Below, in pieces: positions 23,112 to 35,853 of a stretch of 64,000 nt of DNA (the first letter of the stretch is position 1; every line of letters begins with the position of its first letter). The stretch is from positions 1,256,011-1,320,010 of the forward strand of contig NW_005434673.1 in assembly GCF_000315625.1 (NCBI RefSeq). Reading direction: 5' to 3'. Position numbers and translations under genes: made by a program. This stretch comes from Guillardia theta CCMP2712. Taxonomy: Eukaryota; Protista; Cryptophyta. Under the pieces are notes generated by a model. It was not told where the DNA came from. It searched no databases and saw only the letters and a program-made list of their open reading frames with translations.

Positions 23112-23899
23112 ACTAAGTGAGTGGAGCCTCGTACCAGCAAGAAACTAGGGGAGCGTCTCCTGCTTCCTACGATTCTTCGTACCAGGTTGAGATGTCTCCG
23201 ACAAGCTCTCGTCTGTTCAGGAATTGAATGGAGCACGAGCACACTAATCGGATTGTAGCATGATCCTGCTGGAGAAGAGCGACTGACAGGCTTAGCCAAG
23301 CAAGGAGCTCGAAGGCTGCTGTCAGAAAGACTCAAGCACGTGAGCAGCGTACTGACGATGCTTCAGCAGTGCTGTTTCCGCTACCACCTCGTGTTTGTGA
23401 CGTCAACTTTTATCCGATTGATGTTGATGATTAAATCATCGCGATGACCCACTGGTCCGCCGGGCCTGACTGTAAGCTCTGAAGACCTACACTGGCAGCA
23501 TCTTCCGAAGTGGGAGAGGGCCAGGAAGTCTGAGCTCGGAGGGCGCGAAAATGATGGCATACGAAAGAGGAGGACGAGCACGTTCCGTTGATGAAAACCG
23601 CATAAGAAGAGACGTTTCCATTGCTGAGAAAGGAAAACTCGAAGATGACAAAATGAAGAGTCTGGGAAAACGCCGTTTTGTTATTGAAAAGCATGTCCTG
23701 CAAACAATTTATAAAAGTGCTTGCAGCCATGTAGAGCCCCGGGGCAGTGTGAAAAGGATGTACAAAGGACTAGAATTGAATCATAGCCTACTCGATCGAA
23801 CTTCACTGCCGATAGTGAAGGTCATCGATGATCAGCGCAGTTTTGATTGTTTTTTGCCCGGAAGGCACCTGAGTGTAAGGCTGACGCAGTTACAGATCA

Positions 23900-24070
23900 T
23901 CGGCCCGTACTGATTTCGGGCCGGGGATCACCAAGGCCGTTGAAGCCTTCCGACCGTCCGGTCGGCGTCTGAGTCCGTCGGCGATCCGATCAGAAACCGC
24001 GTGCCGGGGCCCGGCCGGGCGGCCCGGGCCGGCGAACTAAAACTTAGTATCTGTTTTTTTTTGTTTTACA
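23900..24070. repeat. Short GC-rich intergenic island upstream of the large + gene
   Basis: ccggtcggcg/gccggggcccggccgggcggcccgggccggc followed by an AACTAAAACTTAG T-rich patch. Confidence 0.5.
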
Positions 24071-24105
24071 CCGAAGACCGTTATGGCTTCAGGGGGACCA
24101 GGAGC

Positions 24106-25965
24106 ATGAGAGCGCTGGAGGAGGCGACGAGGGTTGTGAGGGAGGCGCTCGAACTGCAGGCAAGCAGCCTCGCCTCAGAGCTCTCAGCTCTTGCAGCTGA
24201 CTGTCTCATGCAGGCAACTTGTCATCATAAGTTGAGTCAGTGCGGGTACGGCGATGGGAGAGAGGACGATGGGTTTTCAGGGCAGGAACAAGAACTGTCA
24301 CCCTCCCTTGCAAGTGCCCAGACCCATGACGAGGTCATACCTGCCTGCAGCTACGTCGGAGAAGTTCTCTTCTCACCCTCGCACAGTTGCTCCTGTCTTT
24401 GCTGCAACACCTAAGGCAATCCAGCGACTGCATCAGGCGATGCATGAAGGTGATCTTACGCGAGAGGCTGCCACGAGAGAATGACGCGTTTCTAGGCGTT
24501 TGAGGAGGAGAGAGAGTCTGCAGCTGGACTGGAGCAGCTTCTGGAGTCAGCCAATCAGGTCCGCTCCTGTTCTTTGGTGTAAATCTGCCGACGAAATTTA
24601 CCAGGAGATGGCATTGATGTTAGAGGCGCTGCGGGAAAGCGATGAGCAGACGGCCATGCAGAGAAGGACGGCGAGCTCCAAGTTCGTCTTGAATGCATTC
24701 CGAGAAATTGTGAAGAAGAACGTTTGATATCCTTGTTGTCATTATAATATGACTGAACGTGTATGATAGCGTGACAAAGGTGCTCTTGAACAGCTTCATG
24801 AAGAGGTTGATGTGAATTGTTTCGCAAGTCAGTGTTTGAATTCGAGCAGGTGGAAGAAAGCATCAAGACATTCTTGAAGGAAAGAGCAATGCTATCTCGA
24901 TCTGTAACCTACTGCTCCATCACTCACTCATATCTCACGATGAAGTAGATCCAGAAAGACTGTAAGCGCTCGCGAGACGCTGCTACTGGTCTCTTCCATA
25001 AGGTATATCTCGCCCTCTGACCCTCTATCTGACTCTTTCTCAAGGTTTCAGAGTTGCATGCAAGGAGATCGCGGTTTCATCCCTCGCGCTCCTGCTGCTC
25101 TTGACCTTGTTGTCTCAGGTTGAGCAGGCGAAGATTCTGCGTCTTCCCGGTAGAGCGAGGATAGTTTGTTGCGGTCTTGACCTGCTGCAGGTGTCGATGT
25201 TGTCAAGGACGAATCAGGAGAGACATCGGAGAAGTCTGAACTCGAGCCCGGATGAGGAAGAGCACGAGAGTGAAGGTACTTGACTTCCTTAATCTTCTGC
25301 CTCATCTCGCTCTCCAGCCGTGTTCTTTGCGGAGATCCGAAAGATTCTTGAGATGAACGAGAAGCTTGCGAGTTCAAATGCGAGTCTTATGTAAGTTCTC
25401 CTCTCATTCCTCTCAGCCTTGCTTCTAGAGGAGCTGAAACAGATAGATAGGGAAGGGGAGAGGGAGAGAGGGAGAGGGACAAGGTAGGGAAAGGCAGGGG
25501 GAGAGAGAAGGAGGAAGGAGGAAGGACGGAGAGGAATTCTGACGATTCTGTGCTGTAGGGAGGCGATGGAGGAGCTTGAGCGCATTGAAGTTATCCGTCT
25601 GAAGAGGTGAGAGAGAAGCGGACTCGTCTTGTGTGATTTTGCTGCAGCGAGCGAGATCGGCTGCTGTCCAGGGTGCAGCGAATGACTAGAAGGCGATAGA
25701 CGTGGCAACGGGAGGGCAGGCGGGTGTGCTGACGTCAGTGACAGTTGCTGTTCGCTAGAGGAAAAGTGCGATAAGCTCGAGGAAGAAAAGGAAAGACTCC
25801 GTGCGCAGCTGGAAGCGACCAGGTTGCGCGCAGAATCTCAGTCAGAGTCCTTCGCCTCGGCGCTGAAGGAGTCGGAAAAAGCATTGAAGGTGAGGTCGAG
25901 AAAGAGAATGAGGAGAAGATAAGAGGAGAAAAGATTAAGCAATGTAATGGCGGCGGCGGCGGTTG

Positions 25966-26015
<50 letters not shown>

Positions 26016-29000
26016 GCGGAAGAAGCAGGGAGACGGCTTATTCATGCTCATGCAGGAGGCTGTCAGCAGCGTGTGGAATGGGCAAGAGAGGAGGACAGAA
26101 AGGTTTCGCTCAATTCCCCTTTAAGACCCCAACTTTACACCTCACAGCCCTGCGAAAGAGAAACAGATCATTCAGCTGCTCCAAGAACGATCCCAGCTCA
26201 GGGCGACCGTAAGTGACGAGCTTCCTCTGACGAGACTGGGGGCGAGGAAGTGATGGTAACGCAGGTAGCAGCGCTAAATGCTTCACTTGAGATCTACCAG
26301 CGAGAAGTTGTCCAGCAGCGAAGCGTCGATCCATCGGCTGAGCAAAAGGAGGAGGAGGAGGAGGCAGCGCGAGCGAGAGAGGCTGTCTATTCTCGTGAGA
26401 CGCCATCGTCGTCGTCCACCCTTCCAGCTTCAGACAACCAACAAGTTGGCAGTGAACGCCCTAAGGGACTGATGAGCTTGCTGAACAGAAGGAGGGAGAG
26501 GAAAGATGCAGACTCGACCCCAGGCCCTCTTCCTCTTTCTTCTGCGAGCTCTGTTTCCTTCCTGGCTCCAAGAAGCTCACATGGCAGGCCTGGCAACGAG
26601 TTCGATCACCTCCAGGAGCAAATCGATGTCATGCACAAGTCCATTTGGAGCCTCTTGGGTTCGCAGGGGAGCACAACGGCGGAGAAGGATGTGGGCGTGC
26701 AGGAAGAAAGAAGGGAGAACAATCAAGAGGAAGACGAAGAAGACGAAGACGAAGACGAAGACGAAGACGATGCGGAGAGAGAAGAAGAAGAGGAAGTGGA
26801 GGTGAGAACGAGTTTTCAGCTCAGTCCGATGGGCAACAAGCATGCAAGTCTTCAGCGGCTCAGCTTGGAATCTCCTCTGCAAGGGCCCCTGGACTTGGAA
26901 GACTTCACAGAGAGTGTTGGGAGGGAGCGACGGGGGGAGGAAGCATCGCTTGCCGTGAGCGAGGACGGCCTCTTCGACCTTGTCATCACAGTCCTACAGG
27001 CTGACCTGCCTCAGCTTGAGAGGGCGTTGAGGAACAGGAAGACAGGAGGAGCGGCGGACGGAGTTAGCGAAGCCGTCCATGTCATTGCAGAGGCAGGCAA
27101 GAGACGTCAGGCCCACAGCTTGTCCGCCTCCTCCCTCCTTGTCGACGATCCGCAGCCTTTCCTTGGTCACCCCAACGGGCAGTCGCTCAGCAGCAAACCC
27201 TCCTTCCTCTTCCGATCCTGCTCTGCCAACTGCTTCCTTCGTGTGTCGCTGTGGACAGGAGGTCAAGGGGATCCGATGCGATCTCTTGGATGGACCAAGG
27301 TGTCGGTAAGGAGGGGGAGGGGAGGGGGAGGAGGAGGGGGAGACAGTGTGGGGAGAAGGATGGAGGGAATGGAGGAAGGAAATGATAGTGCGACAGGTGA
27401 AGGAGATTCTCCCAAAGGTCCTCCATGCTGATATGGATTGCTCGGTCAAGCACAGCGACTGGTTTCCTCTCTCGGTGGACCCAGCAGCGTCTCGGGTGTC
27501 AGGAGACGGAGGGAGTGACGCGATGAAGGCTGTCAAGCTTCTCCTGTCTGTTACCTACCGAGGGAGCACAACAGATCTGTGACAAGAGTGTGGCGGCTAA
27601 GAGCGCATGGCAGCAGAGGAGAGGTGATGTTGAGAGTTACGAAATGTTACTTGATGTTGAGATATAATGTTGCTTCATGTTAAGATTTGATGTTGTTTCA
27701 TGTTGAGAATGAATTTTGTTTCATGTTAGTGCTTCAGCGGGAGGGTGAACCAGCGAGCGGATGAAGGTAGGGTTCAAGAGGAGGGAAAAGGAGAAGGGAG
27801 GGTGCAGGAGAAGGGAGGGTGCAGGAGTTGAAGAGGAGAAGGATGAGGACAACGGGATCTGGAGACGATCGGATATCGTGGATGAGGAGGAGGAGAAGAT
27901 TCATCCTCCTGGTCGTGTCCGCTGTCGAGTCGTACACACTGGCACAGGTGGATGTGGGTGAGGGGAGGGAGCGGGGGAGGGAGGGGGGGGTTGTAGGCAA
28001 GAAAGGAATTTAGAAGACAATGATGATACTAAAGGAGAGGTTGAAGTAGACTGAGGAGGCAGTGGTGTTAGTGGTCATGGTGGTGATAAAGGAGGGGGGA
28101 GTGGTGGATGCGGAGGACTGAGGAGGATGGGGCCGGGGGCAGGCAGAGAAGGGATCGAAAGACAACTTTGTGCTGAGAACAAAGTCCTTAACATGAGGTA
28201 GACAAAAGTTTCGATTTCAATGACAACATACATGGAAAAGGCAAGCCGGAGCAAGCAAAGGAGGAAAGGTAAACCAACAAAATCCGCCTCGACAGGAAAC
28301 TAGGAAAGGGAGGAGACAGCAAACACAAGTAGCGTGAAAGATAAGACCGTTGATGGCTGCCAAACTCAGTGAAATCTTTTTTTCTTTGCTATGTTTAGCA
28401 GCCCGCCTCGGGATTGCTGGTATTCTGTTATCGAAGGCACCTGTTCTCCCTGCTGTTCTCCCCTCTCCCTTGCTCTCCCCCCCCCCCCCCCCCTTCCATG
28501 TTTCTCCCTCCCTCCTCTCCCTCTATGGAGGCTTCCAGTGCTTGTTGCGACAGGCCATGAATCAGGATCCTGTCTCTCCTCCCTCCCTCCCTGTCCCTCC
28601 TCGTCTCCGACGTTGCCCGAGTAGCGAGACGTATCGATGCATGCCGGGCAGGGTGCGAGGGAGGCGATTGGGATTCATCAACTGCGGGGCCTGACTTTGC
28701 TGGCTCATCCGATACCCTCGCCCCATCCCTTCAATGAGACTGCAGCATCTGATCGCAGAAAGTTCCTGTCGGCCATGCGGGAGCTGGATGCTGAAGAGGT
28801 AGTCTTCTCCTCTCCTCTTCGCGTCTTGACCGAGATGAAGGTGTGCGAGCTTGACGACGTCTCTCTAGATAACATCACAGCGCTCGCACAAGACCCTCGT
28901 CGCTTGCAGACCACCGCAGACAATGCAGCGCTGGTTGTGCTGGTAGTTGCCCTAGGGCGAACACAGGAGCAGAGGTTGCAAGTACAGGACCGGGAGGGCA

Positions 29001-32000
29001 GATGGGTCTTCGCAAGGGAACTGGTGGATAGCGTCTACTTGATGAGCTCGCACAAGAAGTTTCGGGTCTGTCTTGTGATGCTCAGCGTCTTCTTGCAAGA
29101 TTCCAAGGCGCTGCTCTGCTGGACTCCGGCGACGCTGGCGGTTGAGGAGGGAAGGAGGGAAGGGAGCGCTATGGTCATGTGAGCCCCTGAGCACTTGAGG
29201 AGGAGGAGGAGGAGGAGGAGGAGGATGACGCTGCTCTGCACAGGGTGTGGGCTGCTTGCCCCGTTCATGAGGGCTGGATGGACGAGAAGGGATCGGTCTG
29301 CTCTTGTTGTGTTAGAGGGTCGGATGACTTTCTGCAGGTTGTAACTCAAGTGGTGTGTGAGAGTTTGTGCGCGAACGCTGAGATTCAGAGCATCGAGGGG
29401 AGCATGCAAGAGGTAGTGAGTCGATAGGTGACCAGTCAGTGATGCATGGCAGGTGAAGGAGAAGCTGGACTGGTACAGAAAGAGCAAGGGCTCCGCCTCC
29501 TCCTCCTACTCCAGGTTTTCTTACTTGTTGTCGGGCAGAAGCCAATTGACGTGTGATGGTACCAGAGACTCGAGGATGTGGAGCATGGCCCAGGTCGGCG
29601 TGCTGCTGAGGAGCGAGAATGAGCGGGAGCATCGGCTCGAGTTCGATCGCGTTTGTCAGCCTTCCTTCAGCCCCAGGTCAGGCAACTGCCTGGCTCGCCC
29701 GCTTCTAAAGCAGAGCAAGTGGGAACACCAGGGTGCTGGAGGATGGAACGCTGGCTCCTCGCGTCCCCTGGCAGACTTTCAGCGAGCACGAGCTGGAGGT
29801 AAAGGTGAGCATCGCCTGCCCGACGCCGGGGGCCAAGATCTTCTTCTCCTCCGACGGGTCGATCCCTTCCCCCGACTCCCCCACGTCCTCCCTCTACACG
29901 AAGCCTGTCCTGCTCCAGCACCGCGACGACAGTGCACGCGACTTCATGCTGCAGGCTGTGGCAGTAGAGGAGGGGAGGCGGCCGAGTCGGGTGGGAAAGT
30001 CTCCGGTGTATCGCATCCTAGGGGAGACGAAGAGCGTTACGTTCGAAGAGACGAGGGAGGAGGACAGCGTCTTTCTGTCCATGACCTGTTGCACTCAAAA
30101 CGCCATCATCTACTTTGATGAGGATGGGAAAGTTCCTTGTAAGAATTCCTCCGTCTATTCCAGACCGATCCGAGTGAGGAGCAAGGTTGTACCCCCTCCT
30201 GCCCCCCCCCCTCCTGGTCCTCTTCCCTTCCTTCTGTACTCCATTTCCCTCTCCTCTCCTCTCCTCTCATCGATTCCTCAACTGCAACAGGAGATAAACA
30301 CAATCGCCATCGCCCCCAACTGCGTCCCTTCCACCATCTCCACCTATCGTCTCCTCGAACAGGTCGACACATGCTGGGCATCTTGCCGACTGACAGCTGG
30401 CAGCTTCAAGTTCCTCGAGTACGGCTGGAGGGCGAAACGATGCCACCCTCCTCCCTCGATCCAGAGCTCGTAGGCCAGCAAGTGTTCCTTGACATGGCGA
30501 GAGTGTCAATCGAAGGGGAGGAGGAAAAGATGGGGTTTAAGATCACTTACACGCTCAACGGTGACTCACCCTCCTCCTCCTCTGCTCTCTACCGTGAGCC
30601 TCTTGTCTTTGACAAGCCCGGATGTTACAGGTCCTCAACGCTCTTTGTTCCCCGCCTAGCGCTCTTTCCTTTTTCTCTCTCCTCTTCCCTCCTTGTCCAT
30701 CTCCTCTCCCTCCTTCCTCCTCCCTGTTCCTTCCTCTCTCCTCCTCTCCCCCTCCTGGTTCTTCTCTCCCCCTTTCTCCCTCTTTCCTTCCGTTGCTCTC
30801 ATTTATTTGAGCTCTCCTCCCTCTCCTTCAGCTCTTTCGCACTTCCTATCCTGTTCCTAAGGTGTCTCGCAGGCTAGTCTGCATGGCCATGGCATACAAG
30901 ATGGCTGATTCCCTCCTCGCCACCTGCGACTTCATCGTTCAGAATCGTTTGAGCTCCCCAGAGTTGCTTCCTAGGTGATACCCTCGTCCCTCGTCCCTCG
31001 TCCCTCGTCCCTCGTCCCTCGTCCCTCGTCCCTCGTCCCTCGTCCCTCGTCCCTCGTCCCTCGTCCCTCGTCCCTCGTCCCTCGTCCCTCGTCCCTCGTC
31101 CCTCGTCCCTCGTCCCTCGTCCCTCGTCCCTCGTCCCTCGTCCCTCGTCCCTCGTCCCTCGTCCCTCGTCCCTCGTCCCTCGTCCCTCGTCCCTCGTCCC
31201 TCGTCCCTCGTCCCTCGTCCCTCGTCCCTCGTCCCTCGTCCCTCGTCCCTCGTCCCTCGTCCCTCGTCCCTCGTCCCTCGTCCCTCGTCCCTCGTCCCTC
31301 GTCCCTCGTCCCTCGTCCCTCGTCCCTCGTCCCTCGTCCCTCGTCCCTCGTCCCTCGTCCCTCGTCCCTGCTTCTCCTTTCTCCTCCCTTTCCGATTTTC
31401 AGTCCTTAGCTCATGTCAAACTCTGTCTGTGCTGGTCTAAAGCTTATGGGCAGCTCGGGAACGTTCCGGGAGAGGACGGAGCTGGCAATGACGAGCGAGC
31501 ACAAGGATGCTAGCATCTTCTTCACCCTCGATGACTCCGATCCTTCTCCCTCCTCCTCCTCTTCTCATCTCTTTCAGCGTCCCATACGCCTCGACAGACG
31601 CGATCAGGATCTCTTCACTGGAACTGGTTTGCTCCAAGGAATCTCGCTCCTTCCATGGCAACCCCTCGAGCTTCGGTGCTTCCTCTCCCTCTCCTCTCAG
31701 CACTCTGACAGTTGCCTTCTCCTATTATCTCCCCAACCCTCGCTCGCTCGCTCGCTCGCTCGCTCTCACCCACCCACCTCCCTCCCCTCTCCTCCCTGCT
31801 CTTGTCCTTTCTTTGTTCCCTCCCCCCCCTCCCCCCTTCACTTTCTCCTCATCCCCACCTTCCTCGATTGGACATCTCCTACAGATTCACCGCTCGCGCC
31901 ATGGCGAAAGGTTTCATCGACTCGCCGGCGTCTCACGCTCGCCTTGTCCTCCTCCAAGTAGTTGAGACTCCGCGCGTTTCTCCCTCCCCCGGCGTCTTCC

Positions 32001-33097
32001 TGGAGCTCGTTGAGATTCTCTTCACCTCCTCGACCCCAGGAGCTATCCTCCACTACACCCGAGACGGTCAGGAGCCCAGCAAAGACTCTCAGGTCCTCCT
32101 CTTCCTCCTCTGCTGCTGGTCACAACCTTCAGGTCTGTGTCGGCCCCATCGTCCTCAGGGATGCAGGATGGACGGAGTTCCGAGTGCGGGCGGTGAGGGA
32201 AGGGATGTGGGAGAGCGAGGAGCTGTGCGTCAAGTTCGGGGTCGAAGCGCAGGCACGGCATGATGAAGCGTGTGCAGGAGCTGAGACGCTGTGGCAGGTG
32301 ATGGCGTGGGGGAGCGGGAGCGGCGGGAGGCTGGGAGGAGGAGACGAGGAAGATCACGAGCTACCCTCTCGCGTCCTCGGGCTCGAGGACATCAACGTCG
32401 CTCGAGTCTTTGCGGGTCGATCGCACAACCTTCTACTTACTAGCTCTAGCAAGGTACTGCAGAGGAGAAGCTGGCCTGTCCTGAACGTGCGAGTAGGTGC
32501 TGTCAATGGGAGTAGGACTGGGCGGACGGTTGGGAAGGAAGGAGACGAGCAGTCTGCTGCCGAAAGAGATTCCTGCGATGATCGAGGTAAGACACGAGGA
32601 GCCGTTGCTGTTGCTCTCCCATTGCTGTTGCTCCTGCTTCCTCCTTTCCCTCTTCCCCCCCTTCTCCTTCCCCTCTCACCTCGTCTCTCACCTCTTCTCC
32701 TCATTCTCCCTTCTCCCTCTTCTTCACTCCCTCCTTCTCCTTCTTCCTGTCCCTCCTGATACAGCTGAATGTTGATCCTCAGATCGTTCAGGCAGCCGCA
32801 GGAGAGAGGCACTCTCTGCTGCTGAGCAGGTGGGAGAGAAGGGAAGTCGTAACGAGGGAAGGGAGAAAAAAGGGGAGATGGGGAGGGAGGGGAAGGGAGG
32901 GGAGATAGTGAAAGTGCAGCAGCTCAGGCATCGTCTTCTCCTTCGGGGATGGACTGCAAGGACAGCTTGGACAGGGTGACATCGTGAACCTGGTGGAGCC
33001 AAAGGCAGTTGAGGTGAGAAGGAGTAGAGAGGAAGAGGAGGAGGAGGAGGGGGAGGAGGCGAGAGGAGGCGAGAGGAGGCGAGAGGAGGAGGAGGAG

Positions 33098-33129
<32 letters not shown>

Positions 33130-34480
33130 GGAGGAGAGGATGATGATGATGATGATGATGAGGAGGAGGAGGAGGACTTGAAGAGTGGAAGAGAGAGATT
33201 TCAAGAGAAGGAGATGCAGGTAGTGCGAATAATGGAAGCGAAAGGGAGCAGATCGAGGAAGAGGAGATTAAGTGGAGAGAGGAGGAAAAGTGAGAGGAAA
33301 CGTACTGACAGCTGTCAAGGAGGACTTGGTCGATGTCGTCTTCGTTGCTGCGGGAGGGTGAGAACGAATCGTCGCTCTTCCTACCAACTTTGCGTTTCAG
33401 GTATCACTCCCTTGCAATCGAGAGGAATGGGCATGCCACGTCATGGGGGCGAGGAGGTGAAGGGCAGCTGGGGTCGGGAACGAGGTACTCGACCAGTCGT
33501 CCGTCCCCTATGGTCAGCACCAACCTTGTTGCTACATGTCCCCTGACGATGTTCAAGTTCGCGTCCAATGAGGGCGGGGCTCGACAGGGTACTGCTGCAG
33601 GAGACGAGGAGGAGGAAGCGACTGACGTTCAGGCTGCAGGACTTTACGGCTGCAAGCTCAAGATGATCGCAGCAGGGGACTGGCACACGGTGAGGAAGAT
33701 GGAAGTGGGAGAGGAGTAGAGGGAGAGGAGTAGAGAGAGAATGAGGAGTGAGAGGGAGAGGAGGACAGAGGACTTAAACCAAAATTGCAGGTGGCCGTGA
33801 CAATCACTGGTGAAGTTTTCACTTGCGGTCGTGGACTGGAGGGTCAGCTCGGGCATGAAGGCGTCAACTTCTTGCTTGTCCCTACTCGCATTCTCCTCAA
33901 CAATGTCAAAATCGTGCAGGTTGTCTTGACTTCAGTCGATCGACTACTTTCCTCCTCTTGACTCTCCTGCTTCTCCCTGAACATCTCAGGCAGCAGCAGG
34001 TCGAGAGCACAGCCTCCTCCTCGACGACAAGGGCAAAGTGTGGGTGTGCGGCAGCAACGAGAGAGGACAGCTCGGAACCGGTGTGCGTTGACTCCTCCCA
34101 AGGAGACTGACGGCTTCCAGGTCTTGACGGAGGCTCCAGCATCCCTTGCATCCTCGAGCCTCTCCGCTCTTCCAACATCGCGAGCATCTTTGCCGGGCCC
34201 GCAACGTCAGCAGCGGTGGACGAGCAGGGGGCTGTGTTCGCCTGGGGCTCCAGTAAGTCTCCCCGCAGCAAGTGATTAGGTGACCAGGGTGCTTGCAGAC
34301 AGCAGCGGCATGTTGGGGCTGGGAGACAGCGAGGACAGGAGGACTCCCTGTGCTATCACGAGCCTAGGAGGGCTACAGGTCACTCCTCCATCTCCCTCCT
34401 CCATGTGATCACTTCGTCTCTAGGTGGTGGACCTGGCTGTCGGTGCGCAGCATATGCTGGCACTGACAAGGTGGAAGTAG
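24106..34480 (+). CDS. Large multi-exon protein: coiled coil, C2-like domain, degenerate caspase-like domain, Fn3-associated/CHB_HEX_C repeats and RCC1 repeats (may be two genes)
   Basis: C2-like: FDLVITVLQADLP..LRVSLW..LGWTK. Fn3-associated: VSIACPTPGAKIFFSSDGSIP, ITYTLNGDSP, IFFTLDDSDP, STPGAILHYTRDGQEP. RCC1: VMAWGSGSGGRLG, AGDWHT..VFTCGRGLEGQLG, AGREHSLLLDDKGKVWVCGSNERGQLG, LAVGAQHMLAL*. Confidence 0.8.
30981..31369 (+). repeat. (CCCTCGT)n heptanucleotide array, ~55 copies, intronic
   Basis: Uninterrupted 7-mer run immediately after a GT donor (gtgata). Confidence 0.98.
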
Positions 34481-34579
34481 CCGACACTCTCAGTTCTAGT
34501 AAGTTCACAACACAAGATCTCCACACAGCCAGCAGCTACACGCTAACACTGCTGCCTCTGGTCTTGCCATGCGCGTCTC

Positions 34580-35495
34580 TCACCGCCAGAGGTTCGCCAG
34601 CACGGGGGCAGTCTCAATGAGCTCGATAGGCGAGGAATGCGAGCCCTTCATCTGCTTGAACGCAGGGTACTCGGAGGAGGAAGTGGTGTCGAACGCGAAG
34701 AACCCATCCTCAGGCACTCCAAGTTGTGCGTCAGGGTAGAACTCGGGCATGGAAGGCTTGCCAATGTCGTCCCAGGGCTGGATCAGCGTGTAGTAGTGCG
34801 CTGGCTCCTTGGGGCCATCGGGGAAGCCTTGAGCCTGAATGGTGAGGTACTTGCCCATGTCATGAGGGTCGTCGTCCGACTTGTCAACAACGACAGGATC
34901 TGAGATAAAGTCAGGTGGAGCTAGAATGAAGCACATTCACCCACATCCTGTTACTATGTCCCATGGACCCTTCCTCCACAGGTCATCCTTTCCGCTGCAA
35001 GCGCACACTACTCGCTGATCCGGGTTGTATGTCGAAAATCCGGTGCACCGACAGCGTCCAACAAAGTCATCCTTGCTGACTGTGGACCAGCCGCCATACA
35101 GCGCTTGGCGCCCGCGGGGAACCGCGGCCGACAACATTTCATACTCGCTGGTTCGCTTGTTCAATGTCACGATAGTAAGAACTGCAGCAAGCAACAGTGC
35201 GACCTGCGTACTTCTGTCAGAGACAACTCATAGCATCTAGTGACCTCTTGAGGAACACTCCTCTTCTTTCCCCTCTTTCCCAACTCATCCTTCCAACATC
35301 ACAGTTGGTTTTCCTGCGCATCGTCCTTCATATCTCCTCCGCTAATCATATCGAAGATCAATCGCTTGCTTGCGGAACCATGCTCTCTGCCCTTTCGTCC
35401 ATGGCACCAACTCTCTCCTCCACAGTCTCCTGTCCCTCCTTCCTCCTCCTCCTCGCCCTTACCGCTGCAGCAGTCGCTGCCGTGGCCCTGTGCAT
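34580..35495 (-). CDS. Small hypothetical protein with an N-terminal hydrophobic anchor or signal
   Basis: MHRATAATAAA-VALLLAAVLTIV..; Cys cluster CRCTG..VCACSG; acidic Pro-rich C-terminal exon 34580-34915. Confidence 0.7.
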
Positions 35496-35853
35496 TGCCG
35501 CGCCTCTTCGTATCTTTGGAAACGGTCTTGAATAACGTATTTGAAACGGTTCATAACGAGTTTATTGATTTTGGCGGGAAGGGCAGAATGGCGCGAAGGC
35601 AATTGAAGACATGGGGGAGGGAGGAATGGGGAGGGAGGAAGGCAGCAAGAGAAGAACGAGGACGACGATGAGGAGAGAAGTGAGTTGACGAGAGGAGGAA
35701 GAGAGGAAGAGAGGAAGAGGAAGAGAGAGAAACCAACACGCGCAGACGTTTTGACAAGAGAATGAACAAAACAAGAGTTAGCTTTTTTAAATATTGCGAT
35801 GCGGTTTCAGAAATGTCGTTTGATCCTGAACAAACAGACTGAAGACCGGCAGC

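Noticed and set aside
23110-23730. Possible small minus-strand gene
   Set aside because: Could not build a consistent exon chain or recognise a motif.
30975-31409. (PRPSSLV)n ORF
   Set aside because: Translation of an intronic heptamer repeat.
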